Positions 24,660 to 35,490 of a stretch of 56,914 nt of DNA are shown piece after piece. The notes under the pieces were generated by a model. It was not told where the DNA came from, did not search any database, and worked only from the letters and a program-made list of their open reading frames with translations. Numbering within the stretch: the first letter of the stretch is position 1; each line of letters opens with the position of its first letter. This stretch comes from a bacterium (lineage in GTDB: Bacteria > Patescibacteriota > Minisyncoccia > 2-02-FULL-40-12 > IGHO2-12-FULL-4), in NCBI GenBank assembly GCA_030647955.1, contig JAUSIQ010000030.1, forward strand, positions 1 through 56,914, read 5' to 3'. Position numbers and translations under genes: made by a program.

Positions 24660-25850
24660 TTACTTTACGATTGGCAGACCAAATCCGGAAGAGTCGTCGT
24701 CACCGGGAGGGAGAAGATCAATCACCTCATTATGCAAACGCTCTCTTACCCAATGAGAAGGTTCAGAGATAGAAGCAGTTAGCGGCCAATCCTTAGCGGC
24801 TAATCCCGCCACAAACGGCGCGGCCATCGAGGTACCAGAGAGGACAGCGTACCCTCCATTTTTCCAAGCAGACTCAATATTAACTCCCGGAGCGGCAAAT
24901 TCAATATCCTGTTCTTCGACTTTATACGGAGTAGTTTTTTTGTTGATCCCTTGTGAGCTCCAACCCGCCATCACAAATTTATCATCAAAAGCGCCCACGC
25001 CAATTACCTCGCTTTGAGCGGCCGGATAATCGATACTGGCCGGATAAGGACCATCGTTGCCAGCTGCCGCTACCACCAATACTTTTTTGGAAACCGCATA
25101 ATTAACCGCATCAGTAATTAACTTAGAAGCACTATCCGAACCTAAGCTAAGATTAATAATATTTGCTCCATCATCCGCCGCCTGCGCAATAGCTACAGCG
25201 ACATCGTCTGCATAACAGGCACCGGAAATGCCACAAACTTTAAAAGCAAAAAGAGAAGCCTCGGGAGCAATGCCATAAATTCCCAGGCCATCAATTCCCC
25301 CATCCGCGGCAATAATACCCGCAACATGCGTACCATGGCCGTTTTTATCCTCACACTTTCCTTCTACCATCGGAATACGCGCATTAGTAAAATCGCGACA
25401 CTTACTAACCCTGGCCTTAAGATCCGGATGAGCAGTGTTTACTCCGGTATCCAATACCGCCACCATTACCCCCCTCCCTCCGGAAGTACTGGCAATCTTT
25501 GAATCACCATACACCGTCTCTATTCCCCAGGGAGTCTGGTCAGCGGGAACCAGGCGCGTGTTTTTAGTCTCCTTGCCCGAAACAGTTTCTTTAATCTCTT
25601 CGGGAAGAACTTGCAAAACCTTTACCTGTTCTACCTCCACGCCCAGTAATTTTGCAAAACGAAGCTGCCAATCGTTTAGATCGGCTGTGAAACCATGCTT
25701 AAACTCATTTCTGGCATTGAAAGCATTCTTCCAAAACTGCCCTGTGGACTTAACCAGATAACGGTTACCATCCGCGGCATTGGCAAGAAAAGCCGGAGCT
25801 ACCATGGCCACAAAAATGCCCAAAATAAGGAGTTTTTTAGTAGTCTTCAT
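24660..25850 (-). CDS. Secreted subtilisin-like serine protease (S8)
   Basis: Signal peptide, Asp (VLDTGV), His (HGTHVAG) and Ser (GTSMAAP) catalytic motifs. Confidence 0.9.
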   Translation of the reverse strand: MKTTKKLLILGIFVAMVAPAFLANAADGNRYLVKSTGQFWKNAFNARNEFKHGFTADLNDWQLRFAKLLGVEVEQVKVLQVLPEEIKETVSGKETKNTRLVPADQTPWGIETVYGDSKIASTSGGRGVMVAVLDTGVNTAHPDLKARVSKCRDFTNARIPMVEGKCEDKNGHGTHVAGIIAADGGIDGLGIYGIAPEASLFAFKVCGISGACYADDVAVAIAQAADDGANIINLSLGSDSASKLITDAVNYAVSKKVLVVAAAGNDGPYPASIDYPAAQSEVIGVGAFDDKFVMAGWSSQGINKKTTPYKVEEQDIEFAAPGVNIESAWKNGGYAVLSGTSMAAPFVAGLAAKDWPLTASISEPSHWVRERLHNEVIDLLPPGDDDSSGFGLPIVK

Positions 25851-25938
25851 CTATATTTCAGATTGTAGCAAAAAAGCTGGATTATAGCCAGCTTTTCAAG
25901 CTCAGTTGTCAACACATTTTTAAGAGCAAAATTACGGT

Positions 25939-26619
25939 TTACTCGTCCCCGTTCGAGAGAAATCCGTCCAGCTCTTCTCGGACTTTTTCGGCCCATTCTC
26001 GGAATTTTTGCTGAATCAAAATATAGCGCACAAAGTAGCGCTTGATGATGATCTTAATTATATAAATAAGGGCAATCGCTCCCGCCAGAAAGACAAGTAA
26101 AAGAGTAAAATTCTTGAGCAGAGAAGAGAAGAGCTGGAAGCTTTCGCCAAAGAAATATCCCACCAAGACCGCCATCGATACCCATCCTACCGAACCCAAG
26201 AAGTTGTATTTCGAAAACTGCTTCAAATCATACTTCAAGGAACCGGAAAGAATGAGCGTGGCGATTTCCAAAGTAAAGGTAAACTTGGCGAACATGATCG
26301 CTCGGGCGCTATATTTTCCAAAATAGCTCTGGATAGTGTTAATAATATTATGACTGAGATGGTGGCGATGCCCCCATTTATCTAAGCTCTTTGCTCCCCC
26401 AAAATACCCGACCGCGTACCACATATACCCGTTAATGCTATGAGCAACAATTAACAGAGGAATAATGATATAAAGCTTCACTTGCCCTGTCGAAGCGATA
26501 AATCCCGCCAACACTAGCGAGTTCAACCCCTCCAACATTCCTCCAATAAACAAAAAAAGATACTTATAAGTAACCAGGAAAGGGGCATGGGTTTGAATAA
26601 AGTGTAAAAAAGATTCCAT
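25939..26619 (-). CDS. DedA/SNARE-associated family membrane protein
   Basis: Size, TM layout and an N-terminal GGMLEG-type motif typical of DedA. Confidence 0.55.
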   Translation of the reverse strand: MESFLHFIQTHAPFLVTYKYLFLFIGGMLEGLNSLVLAGFIASTGQVKLYIIIPLLIVAHSINGYMWYAVGYFGGAKSLDKWGHRHHLSHNIINTIQSYFGKYSARAIMFAKFTFTLEIATLILSGSLKYDLKQFSKYNFLGSVGWVSMAVLVGYFFGESFQLFSSLLKNFTLLLVFLAGAIALIYIIKIIIKRYFVRYILIQQKFREWAEKVREELDGFLSNGDE

Positions 26620-26632
26620 ATCAGACGGAGTG

Positions 26633-27985
26633 CTAGTCTATTATATTCTTTTTTGGTGCAGACAGAAAGCTAATATCCGCAAATGCCAAGATTAACCAGA
26701 AAATTAATTGTCCCTGCTGGAGAGTCCACAAGAAATGATCAAAGAGGCCCATAGCGAAAACAGAGAAAATCACCACTAAAAAAGACAGCTGCCCCAAATT
26801 CTGTAGCTTAGTTACTAAGATATAGCGATAAATTAAACAAAAGATGAAGGCCCCAAAAGCCGCCAATCCGATTAATCCCGTTTCGCTACTGACCAACAAA
26901 TAGATATTGTGTACTGGCTGATAAAAATAGACGGCGTAGGCCGGAAGATTTTCCAGCATATCCCAAACCAACTGTCCCACCCCCACTCCTAGCCAGGGGT
27001 TGTCTCCAGTCACCTCTTCCGCGATTTTATTATAAGCAATGCGCTGAGTAAGAGCCTGATCCTCACTGGAGATATATAGGCGAGCCTGAACCACTGGCCA
27101 ATAAACATAGGCGAAGGACAATGTCGCCATCACACTAACCATAAAAAGGGTTATCACTCTTTTTATAAAAACGGGGCCGAGGTTAAAACGTTTTCGATAG
27201 ATAAAAGACCATACTAATCGCACCACCAAACCCAAAACCCACAACCCAATCACCACCCGCGAAAAGGTAAAAAAGAATCCCCAGAGCAAAGGAACATACA
27301 CGGCCAGCACCGGCCAAAAAGACCGCGCCTTTTTTGGATAAAGGTACCAAAAGTAAAAACAAAAAATTCCCATAAAAAGCCAAGCGGCTAACACGTTAGG
27401 ATGAGGAGTGGCCCCATACGCCCGCAGAAATCTCCCCCCTTCAAACGGCACCACCGTAACTCCATAGAAATTGGTGCGTAACACTGACTCTCCCAGCCAA
27501 TGCAAACCCAAACTACGCTGGAGAAAGGCTTGGGCAATAGCCCAGATGGCCTGCAACCAGGCCGAAGCCATCATTACTTTTAAAGTCGACGGTAGATTAA
27601 AAACTTTACCCACCGAACGCGTGAGATAAAAATAAAGCGTAATGAATTCCGCCAGTTTAATTAAGCGATAAACACCCAGTCCCTTGTTATCGGCTACGCA
27701 TAAAGAGATCGCCGAGACTGCCAGAAATATCAGTAAAAACCGCTCCGCGTAATTAATTTTCTTCCAAGAAAATTCTTTCCATTTATCTCCAGAGCGTATG
27801 GCCCACAAAATGAAGAGCGCCACTATCAGAAGATCTGTTCCATACAAAAAAGCGGTGGTCCACTCATTAAATACCCCGGCTTTCGGATGAACCCACATCA
27901 CCAAAAATTTTCTAACCTGAAAAGGAACTAAAAAAACCAAGAGATAAAACATGGCTTGTTCTGCCTTAAAAACTAGATTCGTCAT
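26633..27985 (-). CDS. O-antigen ligase/polymerase-like (Wzy_C) polytopic membrane protein
   Basis: At least 10 TM segments with a large loop containing a HPHN-like motif (ATPHPNVLAAW), characteristic of the family. Confidence 0.5.
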   Translation of the reverse strand: MTNLVFKAEQAMFYLLVFLVPFQVRKFLVMWVHPKAGVFNEWTTAFLYGTDLLIVALFILWAIRSGDKWKEFSWKKINYAERFLLIFLAVSAISLCVADNKGLGVYRLIKLAEFITLYFYLTRSVGKVFNLPSTLKVMMASAWLQAIWAIAQAFLQRSLGLHWLGESVLRTNFYGVTVVPFEGGRFLRAYGATPHPNVLAAWLFMGIFCFYFWYLYPKKARSFWPVLAVYVPLLWGFFFTFSRVVIGLWVLGLVVRLVWSFIYRKRFNLGPVFIKRVITLFMVSVMATLSFAYVYWPVVQARLYISSEDQALTQRIAYNKIAEEVTGDNPWLGVGVGQLVWDMLENLPAYAVYFYQPVHNIYLLVSSETGLIGLAAFGAFIFCLIYRYILVTKLQNLGQLSFLVVIFSVFAMGLFDHFLWTLQQGQLIFWLILAFADISFLSAPKKNIID

Positions 27986-27988
27986 AAA

Positions 27989-29113
27989 TTATCTTCCGAG
28001 AGTATAGACAATACCAAAAACACTGAGGGCGATGAGACCGTACCAGAAGTACTTAGGCAGATCTAAGGAATATTCCGGAATGCGATGTCCCATTCTTTTA
28101 ACCTTGCCGTAGATAAAGATAAAAACAATCAATTGCAAACCAATGGCCACCGCTCCCGCTAGATTAATGACATTAATAAAATTATTCGCCCCTAACATAA
28201 ACATGAGCCAAGGGGGCATAACCACCAATAGCCAGGCCCGAATCTTTTTTAATTTAAAGTCGTAACGAAATGATTCCAATAACACATCTCCCAGAGTCAA
28301 AAAAGAAGTGAAGATCGCTAAAAGCCCAAAGATGGAACCAAACCAGATCACTTGTGGACCCAAGAAAGGCAGTAAGCCGGAAAATGATTCCGGAGAAGTG
28401 GCATCTCCTGAAATACCCACCACCGCAAAGGCAAAAACAGCGTAAATAATGGCGGGAATAATGGTCCCCCAAGCAATCGCTTTTTTAAGACGAAACTCTT
28501 GCCCATCTAATACCTCTCTTTGTAATACAATCGACGATCCCGATAAAGCAAACAACAGTACGCCGTAAGGCAAAAACCAAAACTCTTTATGAAAAGTAGT
28601 GAGGTTACCAAACTGGATCTGCGGTAAGCCCCAAATTAACACTAAGAACGCCCCAGCGATATAAAGGAAAAACATCCCCATATCGATCATAGAAATCATT
28701 TTCAAACCTCCGGCTACGGCTAAAGCTCCCGCCAAAAAGAAAACGAAGCTCAAGCTTCCGGAGGAAAAGTAAAACTGAAAAGAAAAGATATTCGATAAAA
28801 ATTCGCCACCGACAATAATATAAGCCAGCAGAGCAGAGTATGAGCTTAGAACAAAAGTAAAGAAAGCAACCTTTTTCCAAAACTCTCCCAAGTAGATTCC
28901 GGCATAGCCCACAATACCGTGAGAGCGATCCGTTCTTAGAATGATTTCTCCGTAGGCCAGATTAAGCAGAAGCGTAATAGTGCCTAGACCAATTAAAAAC
29001 AAAAAGCCCGTTAAGAAACCGGCCTTAGCAAACGCGAAGGGTATTCCAAAAATACCCACCCCAATAATACTGCCCATCAGTACTGCTACCGCGGAGATAA
29101 ATCTTCTGTCCAT
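27989..29113 (-). CDS. Amino-acid permease-like transporter (APC superfamily, Trp/Tyr permease-like)
   Basis: 11 TM segments and an N-terminal GSIIGVGIFGIPFAFAKAG motif. Confidence 0.55.
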   Translation of the reverse strand: MDRRFISAVAVLMGSIIGVGIFGIPFAFAKAGFLTGFLFLIGLGTITLLLNLAYGEIILRTDRSHGIVGYAGIYLGEFWKKVAFFTFVLSSYSALLAYIIVGGEFLSNIFSFQFYFSSGSLSFVFFLAGALAVAGGLKMISMIDMGMFFLYIAGAFLVLIWGLPQIQFGNLTTFHKEFWFLPYGVLLFALSGSSIVLQREVLDGQEFRLKKAIAWGTIIPAIIYAVFAFAVVGISGDATSPESFSGLLPFLGPQVIWFGSIFGLLAIFTSFLTLGDVLLESFRYDFKLKKIRAWLLVVMPPWLMFMLGANNFINVINLAGAVAIGLQLIVFIFIYGKVKRMGHRIPEYSLDLPKYFWYGLIALSVFGIVYTLGR

Positions 29114-29114
29114 A

Positions 29115-29597
29115 CTATTTTTTTACCTCCTCCTCAGCAGGTTCTTTACGACGCAAACTGCGATAAAGTAAACGCTCCCCGTTTTTTCTTTCCACGATCC
29201 AAAGTATAGTTAGAATAAAATAGACGGTCCCCGTAGCAAAAATCGCCTCTTTATAATATCCCACCCCAATCACAATTCCAATTGCCGCCACCACCCATAA
29301 AGTAGCCGCCGTGGTGAGGCCGTGAATTTTGTGGCCTTCGTGTAAAATCGCTCCCCCGCCAATAAAACCAATACCCACAATGATGTTGGAGATGAGACGG
29401 GTAGGATCGCTCATCGGATTATCTTGAAACGCCGTGATCGAAATAATCGTAATCAAAGTTGCCCCCATTGCCACCATGGCGTTAGTACGCAACCCCGCCG
29501 ACTTATGAGAACGCTCTCGCTCAAAACCAACCAAGCCTCCCACAAAAGTTGAGAAGATAATTCGAAAGAAAATTTCAGGGTATTCAAGCATGGGCAA
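29115..29597 (-). CDS. MgtC/SapB family membrane protein
   Basis: FERERSHKSAGLRTNAMVAMGA motif and the typical 160-aa, 4-5 TM layout. Confidence 0.8.
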   Translation of the reverse strand: MPMLEYPEIFFRIIFSTFVGGLVGFERERSHKSAGLRTNAMVAMGATLITIISITAFQDNPMSDPTRLISNIIVGIGFIGGGAILHEGHKIHGLTTAATLWVVAAIGIVIGVGYYKEAIFATGTVYFILTILWIVERKNGERLLYRSLRRKEPAEEEVKK

Positions 29598-29615
29598 CGA
29601 AAGGCCCGTGCATTT

Positions 29616-32012
29616 TTAGGCGGTCACTCCCGGATAGCCTCGATTGATCTTGGGAAGACGCACTGCCTTCGCTCCTTTCATTATCGGAGATTTCAAAGCA
29701 ACATTCAAGAGCTCATCCACTGTTTTTACGAACACAATTTTCATGGTCTTTTTGACCTTCTCAGGGATATCTTCAAGATCCTTGCGGTTCTCTTCCGGCA
29801 CCACAACCGTTTTTAAGCCAGCGCGATGCGCGGCAAGAATTTTTTCGCGTAATCCCCCAATCGGCAAGACTCTTCCGCGCAAAGTAATTTCTCCCGTCAT
29901 AGCCACGTCTTTTCGAACAGCTCGTCTGGTTAACAAGGAGATGATGGCAGTAATCATGGTTACGCCAGCCGAAGGTCCGTCTTTAGGAATAGCACCGGAT
30001 GGTAAGTGGACATGAATATCCTCTTGATAAAAATCTCCGGTAATCCCCCATTTTTCGGCATTAGAGCGCACGTAACTCAAAGCGGCCTGCACCGATTCAC
30101 GCATTACCTCGCCTAATCTTCCTGTGAGGATCAATTTCCCTTTTCCAGGCATTTTAGTAGCCTCCACAGACATCACCTCTCCGCCCACGGGAGTCCAAGC
30201 TAAACCAGTCGCTACCCCAATCTCATCTTGCTTTTCAATTCCTTGATGAGAATAGCGCTCCGGACCTAAATATTGGTGAAGAATTTTCGGAGTGATCACT
30301 ACTTTCTCCGCTTTGCCACCCTCCACTACTTTTCTCGTTACCTTACGGAATATTCCAGAAAGTTTTCGTTCCAATTCGCGCACTCCCGCTTCACTGGTGT
30401 GCTTATGAATGACATCCGCTACCATATTATCGGCAATACCAAGCTGGCTCGACTTTAAACCGTGCTGTTCAAATAGTTTCGGCAGTAAAAATTTTTTAGC
30501 AATCGATAATTTCTCATCTTCGGTATAACCGGAGAATTCAATAATTTCCAAGCGGTCGCGCAACGCCGGCGGAATGGTGTCTAAGCGATTAGCCGTGGTG
30601 ATAAAAATCACATCAGAAAGATCAAACGGAACTTCGAGATAATTATCCGAAAAAGAAAAATTTTGCTCCGGATCTAAGGCTTCCAGTAGAGCAGAGGATG
30701 GGTCGCCCCGAAAGTCTTGCCCGATTTTGTCAATTTCATCTAGCATAAAGACCGGGTCTTTGGCACCCGCGGTATGAATACCCTGGATAATTCTTCCGGG
30801 TAAAGCGCCGACATAAGTGCGACGATGTCCGCGAATTTCGGCTTCGTCTTTTAATCCTCCCAAAGAAACCCGCACAAATTTTCTTCCTAACGAATTGGCG
30901 ATCGAGCGGCCAATAGAAGTTTTACCGGTGCCGGGCGGCCCAAAGAAACATAAGATCGGGCCACGTACTTTACCCACCTGTTTCTGCACAGCCAAATACT
31001 CCAAAATTCTTTCTTTGGTTTTGTGCAGGCCATAATGATCTTTGTTGAGAATTTTTTCGGACTTTTTGAGATCGATCTCTCCGGTGGTCTTCAAAGACCA
31101 GGGCAATTCCACCAACCAATCCAAATAGGTTCGAAGATAAGAAACCTCCGGACTAAACATCGGCATTTTTTCCAAACGATCCAATTCCTTCAAAGCTTTC
31201 TTCTCTACCTCTTCCGGCATCTTTGACTTCTTGAGCTTTTCGCGAAGCTGATAATATTCTCCTTTTTCTCCATCCACGCCCAATTCTTTCTCGATGCTCT
31301 TGAGCTGTTCACGCAAAAAGATTTCTTTTTGCATTTTGCCTAATTGACGCTTCGTTTCTTTAACTACCTTCTTCTCGGTTTCCATAATCTCTCCCTCGCG
31401 CGCCAAGTAGAAGTTAACCTTCTTCAATGCTTCGTTAATATTGAAAGTTTCTAGAATATTTTGCTGATCATTTAACTCCAAGTTAAGATTCACAGCAATT
31501 AAGTCTACGAGCTGTTCCGGATCCTTGAGTTGATTGAGGGTGAAGAGCAAAGAGGGAAAAACCGAAGGCATAATTTTAACTTCGGTAACTCTTTTGAACT
31601 GCTCCACGACGGTGCGAATTAAAGCTTCCGACTCTACGGTATTGTTGTAGTGAAGATCGACTGGTTCAATGCGCGCCTTAAAGAAAGGCTCTTCTTGGAC
31701 AAATTCTTCTAAACGCACCCGGCCTAGACCTTCCACATCCACCTTAAAGGAACCGTCCGGTAAACGGTTAGTGGAGATAACCTTGCCAACCGTTCCAATG
31801 CGGAAGAGGTCATCTGGGGCGGTGTGGTCATGCATGTTCTTTTGAGCCACAAACACCAAAAAACCGTCTTTGGCTAAGGCGTATTCGAGACTAGCGATAG
31901 ATTTAGGGCGCTGGACTACAAGCGGAATGATGATCCGAGGGAAAAGGACCACGTTTTTAAGGGCTACCACCGGTAATTCATTCCCAACGCTGACATTGCC
32001 GATTTTGAACAT
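29616..32012 (-). CDS. lon: ATP-dependent Lon protease
   Basis: LON N-domain, Walker [10 protein letters not shown], Walker B MLDEIDK, and the protease Ser motif DGPSAG with a downstream Lys. Confidence 0.95.
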   Translation of the reverse strand: MFKIGNVSVGNELPVVALKNVVLFPRIIIPLVVQRPKSIASLEYALAKDGFLVFVAQKNMHDHTAPDDLFRIGTVGKVISTNRLPDGSFKVDVEGLGRVRLEEFVQEEPFFKARIEPVDLHYNNTVESEALIRTVVEQFKRVTEVKIMPSVFPSLLFTLNQLKDPEQLVDLIAVNLNLELNDQQNILETFNINEALKKVNFYLAREGEIMETEKKVVKETKRQLGKMQKEIFLREQLKSIEKELGVDGEKGEYYQLREKLKKSKMPEEVEKKALKELDRLEKMPMFSPEVSYLRTYLDWLVELPWSLKTTGEIDLKKSEKILNKDHYGLHKTKERILEYLAVQKQVGKVRGPILCFFGPPGTGKTSIGRSIANSLGRKFVRVSLGGLKDEAEIRGHRRTYVGALPGRIIQGIHTAGAKDPVFMLDEIDKIGQDFRGDPSSALLEALDPEQNFSFSDNYLEVPFDLSDVIFITTANRLDTIPPALRDRLEIIEFSGYTEDEKLSIAKKFLLPKLFEQHGLKSSQLGIADNMVADVIHKHTSEAGVRELERKLSGIFRKVTRKVVEGGKAEKVVITPKILHQYLGPERYSHQGIEKQDEIGVATGLAWTPVGGEVMSVEATKMPGKGKLILTGRLGEVMRESVQAALSYVRSNAEKWGITGDFYQEDIHVHLPSGAIPKDGPSAGVTMITAIISLLTRRAVRKDVAMTGEITLRGRVLPIGGLREKILAAHRAGLKTVVVPEENRKDLEDIPEKVKKTMKIVFVKTVDELLNVALKSPIMKGAKAVRLPKINRGYPGVTA

Positions 32013-32086
32013 AATTTAACTAATTATAGAGCAACTGGCACTCTCAAGTCAAGAGTGCTAATTTTGAAGGAAAATTAGAATTAGGT

Positions 32087-32680
32087 TTAGCTTGAAACTA
32101 ACTCGTGAGGAAGAGTATCCGTCACGTTTTTTTGATCAGTTTTAATAAGTTTGGTGAGCTCTATTACAAGCTCTTTGGGATCTGCTCTATACACAATCTT
32201 CCCGGCTCCATGGCGATGAGGATCGTTTATTTTTTCTAATAATCCGGCGATCTGGTCAGTGGCTCCACAAGTACCCACCAACACTCCGATGGGCTTGTTA
32301 TCTTCCAAAGCAATCGTAAATTCGTTGAGAGTCCCAAATCCGCCACAGATAATTATAACGGCATCAGCCGACTTAGTCAGAATTAAATTTCTTCCCGAAT
32401 AGTGAAAGCCACTATAAATAATAAAATCAAAGTTTTCTGTAGGTAGTTTATAACTTTTCACATGAGCGCTGTATGAAGCGGCGGGTGAAATGCCGATACT
32501 CACTCCACCTTCTTCTGTCGCACCCTTCGCCGCAGCATAAGGAGCACCGGTGGTGGCCCCCGTGATCAAAATTCCTCCTTGTCTGGCGATTTCTCGTCCC
32601 ACTTCTTCAGCCTTGGCCATCGTATCGTTACAGCAAGTCTTTGTATCCGCCGATCCCGACACCACAAATTTATGTTTCAT
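32087..32680 (-). CDS. LOG/TIGR00725-family Rossmann-fold nucleotide-binding protein
   Basis: GGFGTLNEF (PGGxGTxxE-type) motif. Size about 190 aa. Confidence 0.6.
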   Translation of the reverse strand: MKHKFVVSGSADTKTCCNDTMAKAEEVGREIARQGGILITGATTGAPYAAAKGATEEGGVSIGISPAASYSAHVKSYKLPTENFDFIIYSGFHYSGRNLILTKSADAVIIICGGFGTLNEFTIALEDNKPIGVLVGTCGATDQIAGLLEKINDPHRHGAGKIVYRADPKELVIELTKLIKTDQKNVTDTLPHELVSS

Positions 32681-32735
32681 AGTTAAATTTTATCACCTTG
32701 AACATGCAAAGCAAGTTGGTATATCTTCGCCAACG

Positions 32736-32804
32736 AAAAAGCCCCGCCCGAGAAAGCGGCCGGATCCGTGACGATATCACGGGCGGAGCTCTCTCGGACG
32801 GGGC
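32736..32804 (-). terminator. Compound GC-rich hairpin terminator
   Basis: 12-bp stem (32741-52 / 32793-804, one mismatch) enclosing the palindrome CCGTGACGATATCACGG. A U-run follows on the minus strand. Confidence 0.5.
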
Positions 32805-32815
32805 GGACTAGAACT

Positions 32816-33139
32816 TCACTTGCGCCAGGTGTTTCTGGAAGGATCATCGGACCAGACGATCTGGTCTTCTGATTCCACCCAGTGACCACCGGCGATCATG
32901 GGAAAGTGCTGATCGTCCTTTAGCCGCGGCTGTTCGATCTTGCCCGCGGCGTAGAGATCCCGGAAGATCTTCTCCGCTTCCGGAAACCTTCTCCAATAGG
33001 ACTCGTTGTACGCAGTAACGAGACGGTCAATCTGGTCAGGGACGGCAACAGTGCCGGCGACGATCTTGTCGACCTTAGACAGGTCGACTCTGCCCTCCGC
33101 TATCTCACGAATACAGAACGACACTGAAAGTCCGATCAT
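32816..33139 (-). CDS. Hypothetical protein in a GC-rich patch
   Basis: ATG 33139 (MIGLSVSFCIREI...) has AGGAG 6 nt upstream. The tracked start at 33175 adds 12 codons. Composition is visibly GC-richer than the neighbours. Confidence 0.5.
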   Translation of the reverse strand: MIGLSVSFCIREIAEGRVDLSKVDKIVAGTVAVPDQIDRLVTAYNESYWRRFPEAEKIFRDLYAAGKIEQPRLKDDQHFPMIAGGHWVESEDQIVWSDDPSRNTWRK

Positions 33140-33250
33140 GCAACTCTCCTCTTGAAAATTGGTCTTTTTATTCAACTCTATATACTTTAATTATAGCATA
33201 TTTTTGATAAAAATGCAAGTCAAAAAAGGGCCGTTTTTGGACTTTTTTAT

Positions 33251-34633
33251 CTACAGGTCAAATTGCTGATCTTGAATGGGGACGATGGCTTCGACTTTGA
33301 GTTTATTTTTAACAATGTCGGCTAAGGCTTTACCAGAGTTTTCTTCGCCTTGCACCATAAAAACTTTTTTGAGCTTGCCGGCTTTGTTGGCTTGGGTAAT
33401 CCAATCTACTAAAGCGGGCTGATCGGCATGAGCCGAGTAACCCCCAATCCCCTTCACCAAACAGCGCACTGGAACCATCTCACCAAAAATGGAAACCTCT
33501 TTAGCCCCTTCTAAGATTTTTCTACCCAAGCTGCCCTCTACTTGATAACCGACAAAAACAATCGCATTGCGCGGATCGCTTAAGTAGCGGCGTTCGTGAT
33601 GCAAAATTCTTCCCCCCACGGACATACCCGAACCGGCAATAATCACCTTGGGAGGTTCAACCGCATTAATACTTTTGGATTGTTCAACGGCGTCTGTAAA
33701 ACGTAAACAAGAGAAATCAAAAATACTGCGACCTTCGCTTAAAAAATGGGAGCGGGCATTTTCGTTTAAGTAGTGCTGATAGTGGTTGTAAACTTCGGTC
33801 ATTTTGTGTGCCAAGGGGCTGTCGATAAACACCGGCATCATCGGCACGGATTCATTTTGAAAAAGCTGGTGCAGTTCAAACAAAATTTCTTGAGTACGTT
33901 CAATCGCAAAAGACGGCACCAACATCGTGCCTTTACTCTTCACCACATGCTCAAGAACCTGCCTGAAGATTTGACTACGACTGTCTTTGTCTTCATGAGT
34001 ACGACTGCCATAAGCCGAATCGATGACTACATAATCAGCATCTTCCACAAATTCCTTATCGGGCAAAAGGAGTGACGGAGAATTACCCAAATCCCCCGTA
34101 AAGTATATTTTTCTTCGCTCACCCTCTTCTTCGTATTCAAAGCAGATAATTCCCGAACCGAGAACATGCCCGGAATTGTAGTAGGTGGCCGTCACCCCGG
34201 GAGCTAGTGGTAAAGATTGGTGGTATTTAACCGTTTCGATCAAATCCAAAGCGGCATCCACTTCGCCTAATTCGTATAAAGGCGGATGGCCATCGCTTTT
34301 AGCCTCTTCCGCGATATGGTTCCAACTATCCGGAAGGGCGCGCAACATTAAATTACGGGTCGGCTCCACCACATAAATTTTCCCCCGAAATCCTTCTTTG
34401 TATAATTTCGGCACTCGCCCAACGTGATCGGCATGACTATGAGTAATGAAAAGGTAATCAATAGTAGAAGCATCATATCCAAATGGTGCGTAATTCAACC
34501 CTTCCACGAATTTAGAACCCTGAAACAATCCGCAATCCACTAAAACGCGCAGATCTTTTCCCCCCGCCTTAAATTCAAGCAAATAGTTTGCCCCCGTCAC
34601 CGACATCGCCCCGCCGTAAAAAGTAAGTTTCAT
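33251..34633 (-). CDS. MBL-fold beta-CASP ribonuclease (CPSF/RNase J-like)
   Basis: HSHADHVG (HxHxDH), a beta-CASP region and the C-terminal GYSAHAD motif. Confidence 0.85.
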   Translation of the reverse strand: MKLTFYGGAMSVTGANYLLEFKAGGKDLRVLVDCGLFQGSKFVEGLNYAPFGYDASTIDYLFITHSHADHVGRVPKLYKEGFRGKIYVVEPTRNLMLRALPDSWNHIAEEAKSDGHPPLYELGEVDAALDLIETVKYHQSLPLAPGVTATYYNSGHVLGSGIICFEYEEEGERRKIYFTGDLGNSPSLLLPDKEFVEDADYVVIDSAYGSRTHEDKDSRSQIFRQVLEHVVKSKGTMLVPSFAIERTQEILFELHQLFQNESVPMMPVFIDSPLAHKMTEVYNHYQHYLNENARSHFLSEGRSIFDFSCLRFTDAVEQSKSINAVEPPKVIIAGSGMSVGGRILHHERRYLSDPRNAIVFVGYQVEGSLGRKILEGAKEVSIFGEMVPVRCLVKGIGGYSAHADQPALVDWITQANKAGKLKKVFMVQGEENSGKALADIVKNKLKVEAIVPIQDQQFDL

Positions 34634-34635
34634 AG

Positions 34636-35481
34636 TTAAAAGATTGCTACAGATACAAGATAGCCGACAATGCTCATCATGGCAATCGGCGGAAGCGCGG
34701 CCATGGGACGACGCTGTTTTTGAGTAACGAACAAAAGATGCGTGACAAACAAACCACCCAAAGAAAAGAGCGTTACTACCAAAGCATGCGCCAAAGAAAT
34801 TTTAAGCGCCGCAATACTTAAAACCAAAGGTAAAACAATGTCTCCACTGCCCAAAATCATAAAATGATCACCGGGCTTAACCCGTTCAATCTTTTCTCTG
34901 AATCCGGAAAATTCCATGGGAATAATGAATCCGAAGATAGCCCGAGAAGCAACCATGCCCTCGGCCATCTTTACCATGTGCTTACTAACATATACCGCGA
35001 ATATATCGTAGAAAGATAGAATCAATAAGGCCCAAACAGCTACGAGCGGCGTAATACTTAAACCAATTACTAATCCGATCCCCGCAATCGCCAACATCAC
35101 TGCTACATTTTGCAGCATCACACTACGCACCACAATCATTAACACCACTAGTAAGATAGTTAGGATCAAAGAAAGGATGGGAGAAAAGAAAGCCGAGAAG
35201 ATCACCTGTGTTCCACCAATAATCACGATGAAAAAGAAAAGTTTAAAAACTATCTGCGTCATCCGCGTTCTTTTGATAACGGCCCAGATGAAAAATCCGA
35301 GCAGAAGAGCAGAGACAATGATATCGAGTGGCGTCAGCCGAAATGAAACCGCCGGAGTGCTTAAAGGGGAATTGGCTAACTCAAAAAGATACCGCTGGGC
35401 TACAATAATACCCAGGAGTTGTGTAGCTCCGAATAAAGCCAACTCCTTTAACCACAGCTGAATTTTTAGATTGCTAATCAA
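34636..35481 (-). CDS. Presenilin/signal-peptide-peptidase-like GxGD intramembrane aspartyl protease (A22-like)
   Basis: Polytopic, with YD (SFYDIFAVY) and GxGD (LGSGDIVLP) in adjacent TM helices, plus a PAL-like AALPPI near the C-terminus. Confidence 0.6.
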   Translation of the reverse strand: MISNLKIQLWLKELALFGATQLLGIIVAQRYLFELANSPLSTPAVSFRLTPLDIIVSALLLGFFIWAVIKRTRMTQIVFKLFFFIVIIGGTQVIFSAFFSPILSLILTILLVVLMIVVRSVMLQNVAVMLAIAGIGLVIGLSITPLVAVWALLILSFYDIFAVYVSKHMVKMAEGMVASRAIFGFIIPMEFSGFREKIERVKPGDHFMILGSGDIVLPLVLSIAALKISLAHALVVTLFSLGGLFVTHLLFVTQKQRRPMAALPPIAMMSIVGYLVSVAIF

Positions 35482-35490
35482 GTTTTAAAT

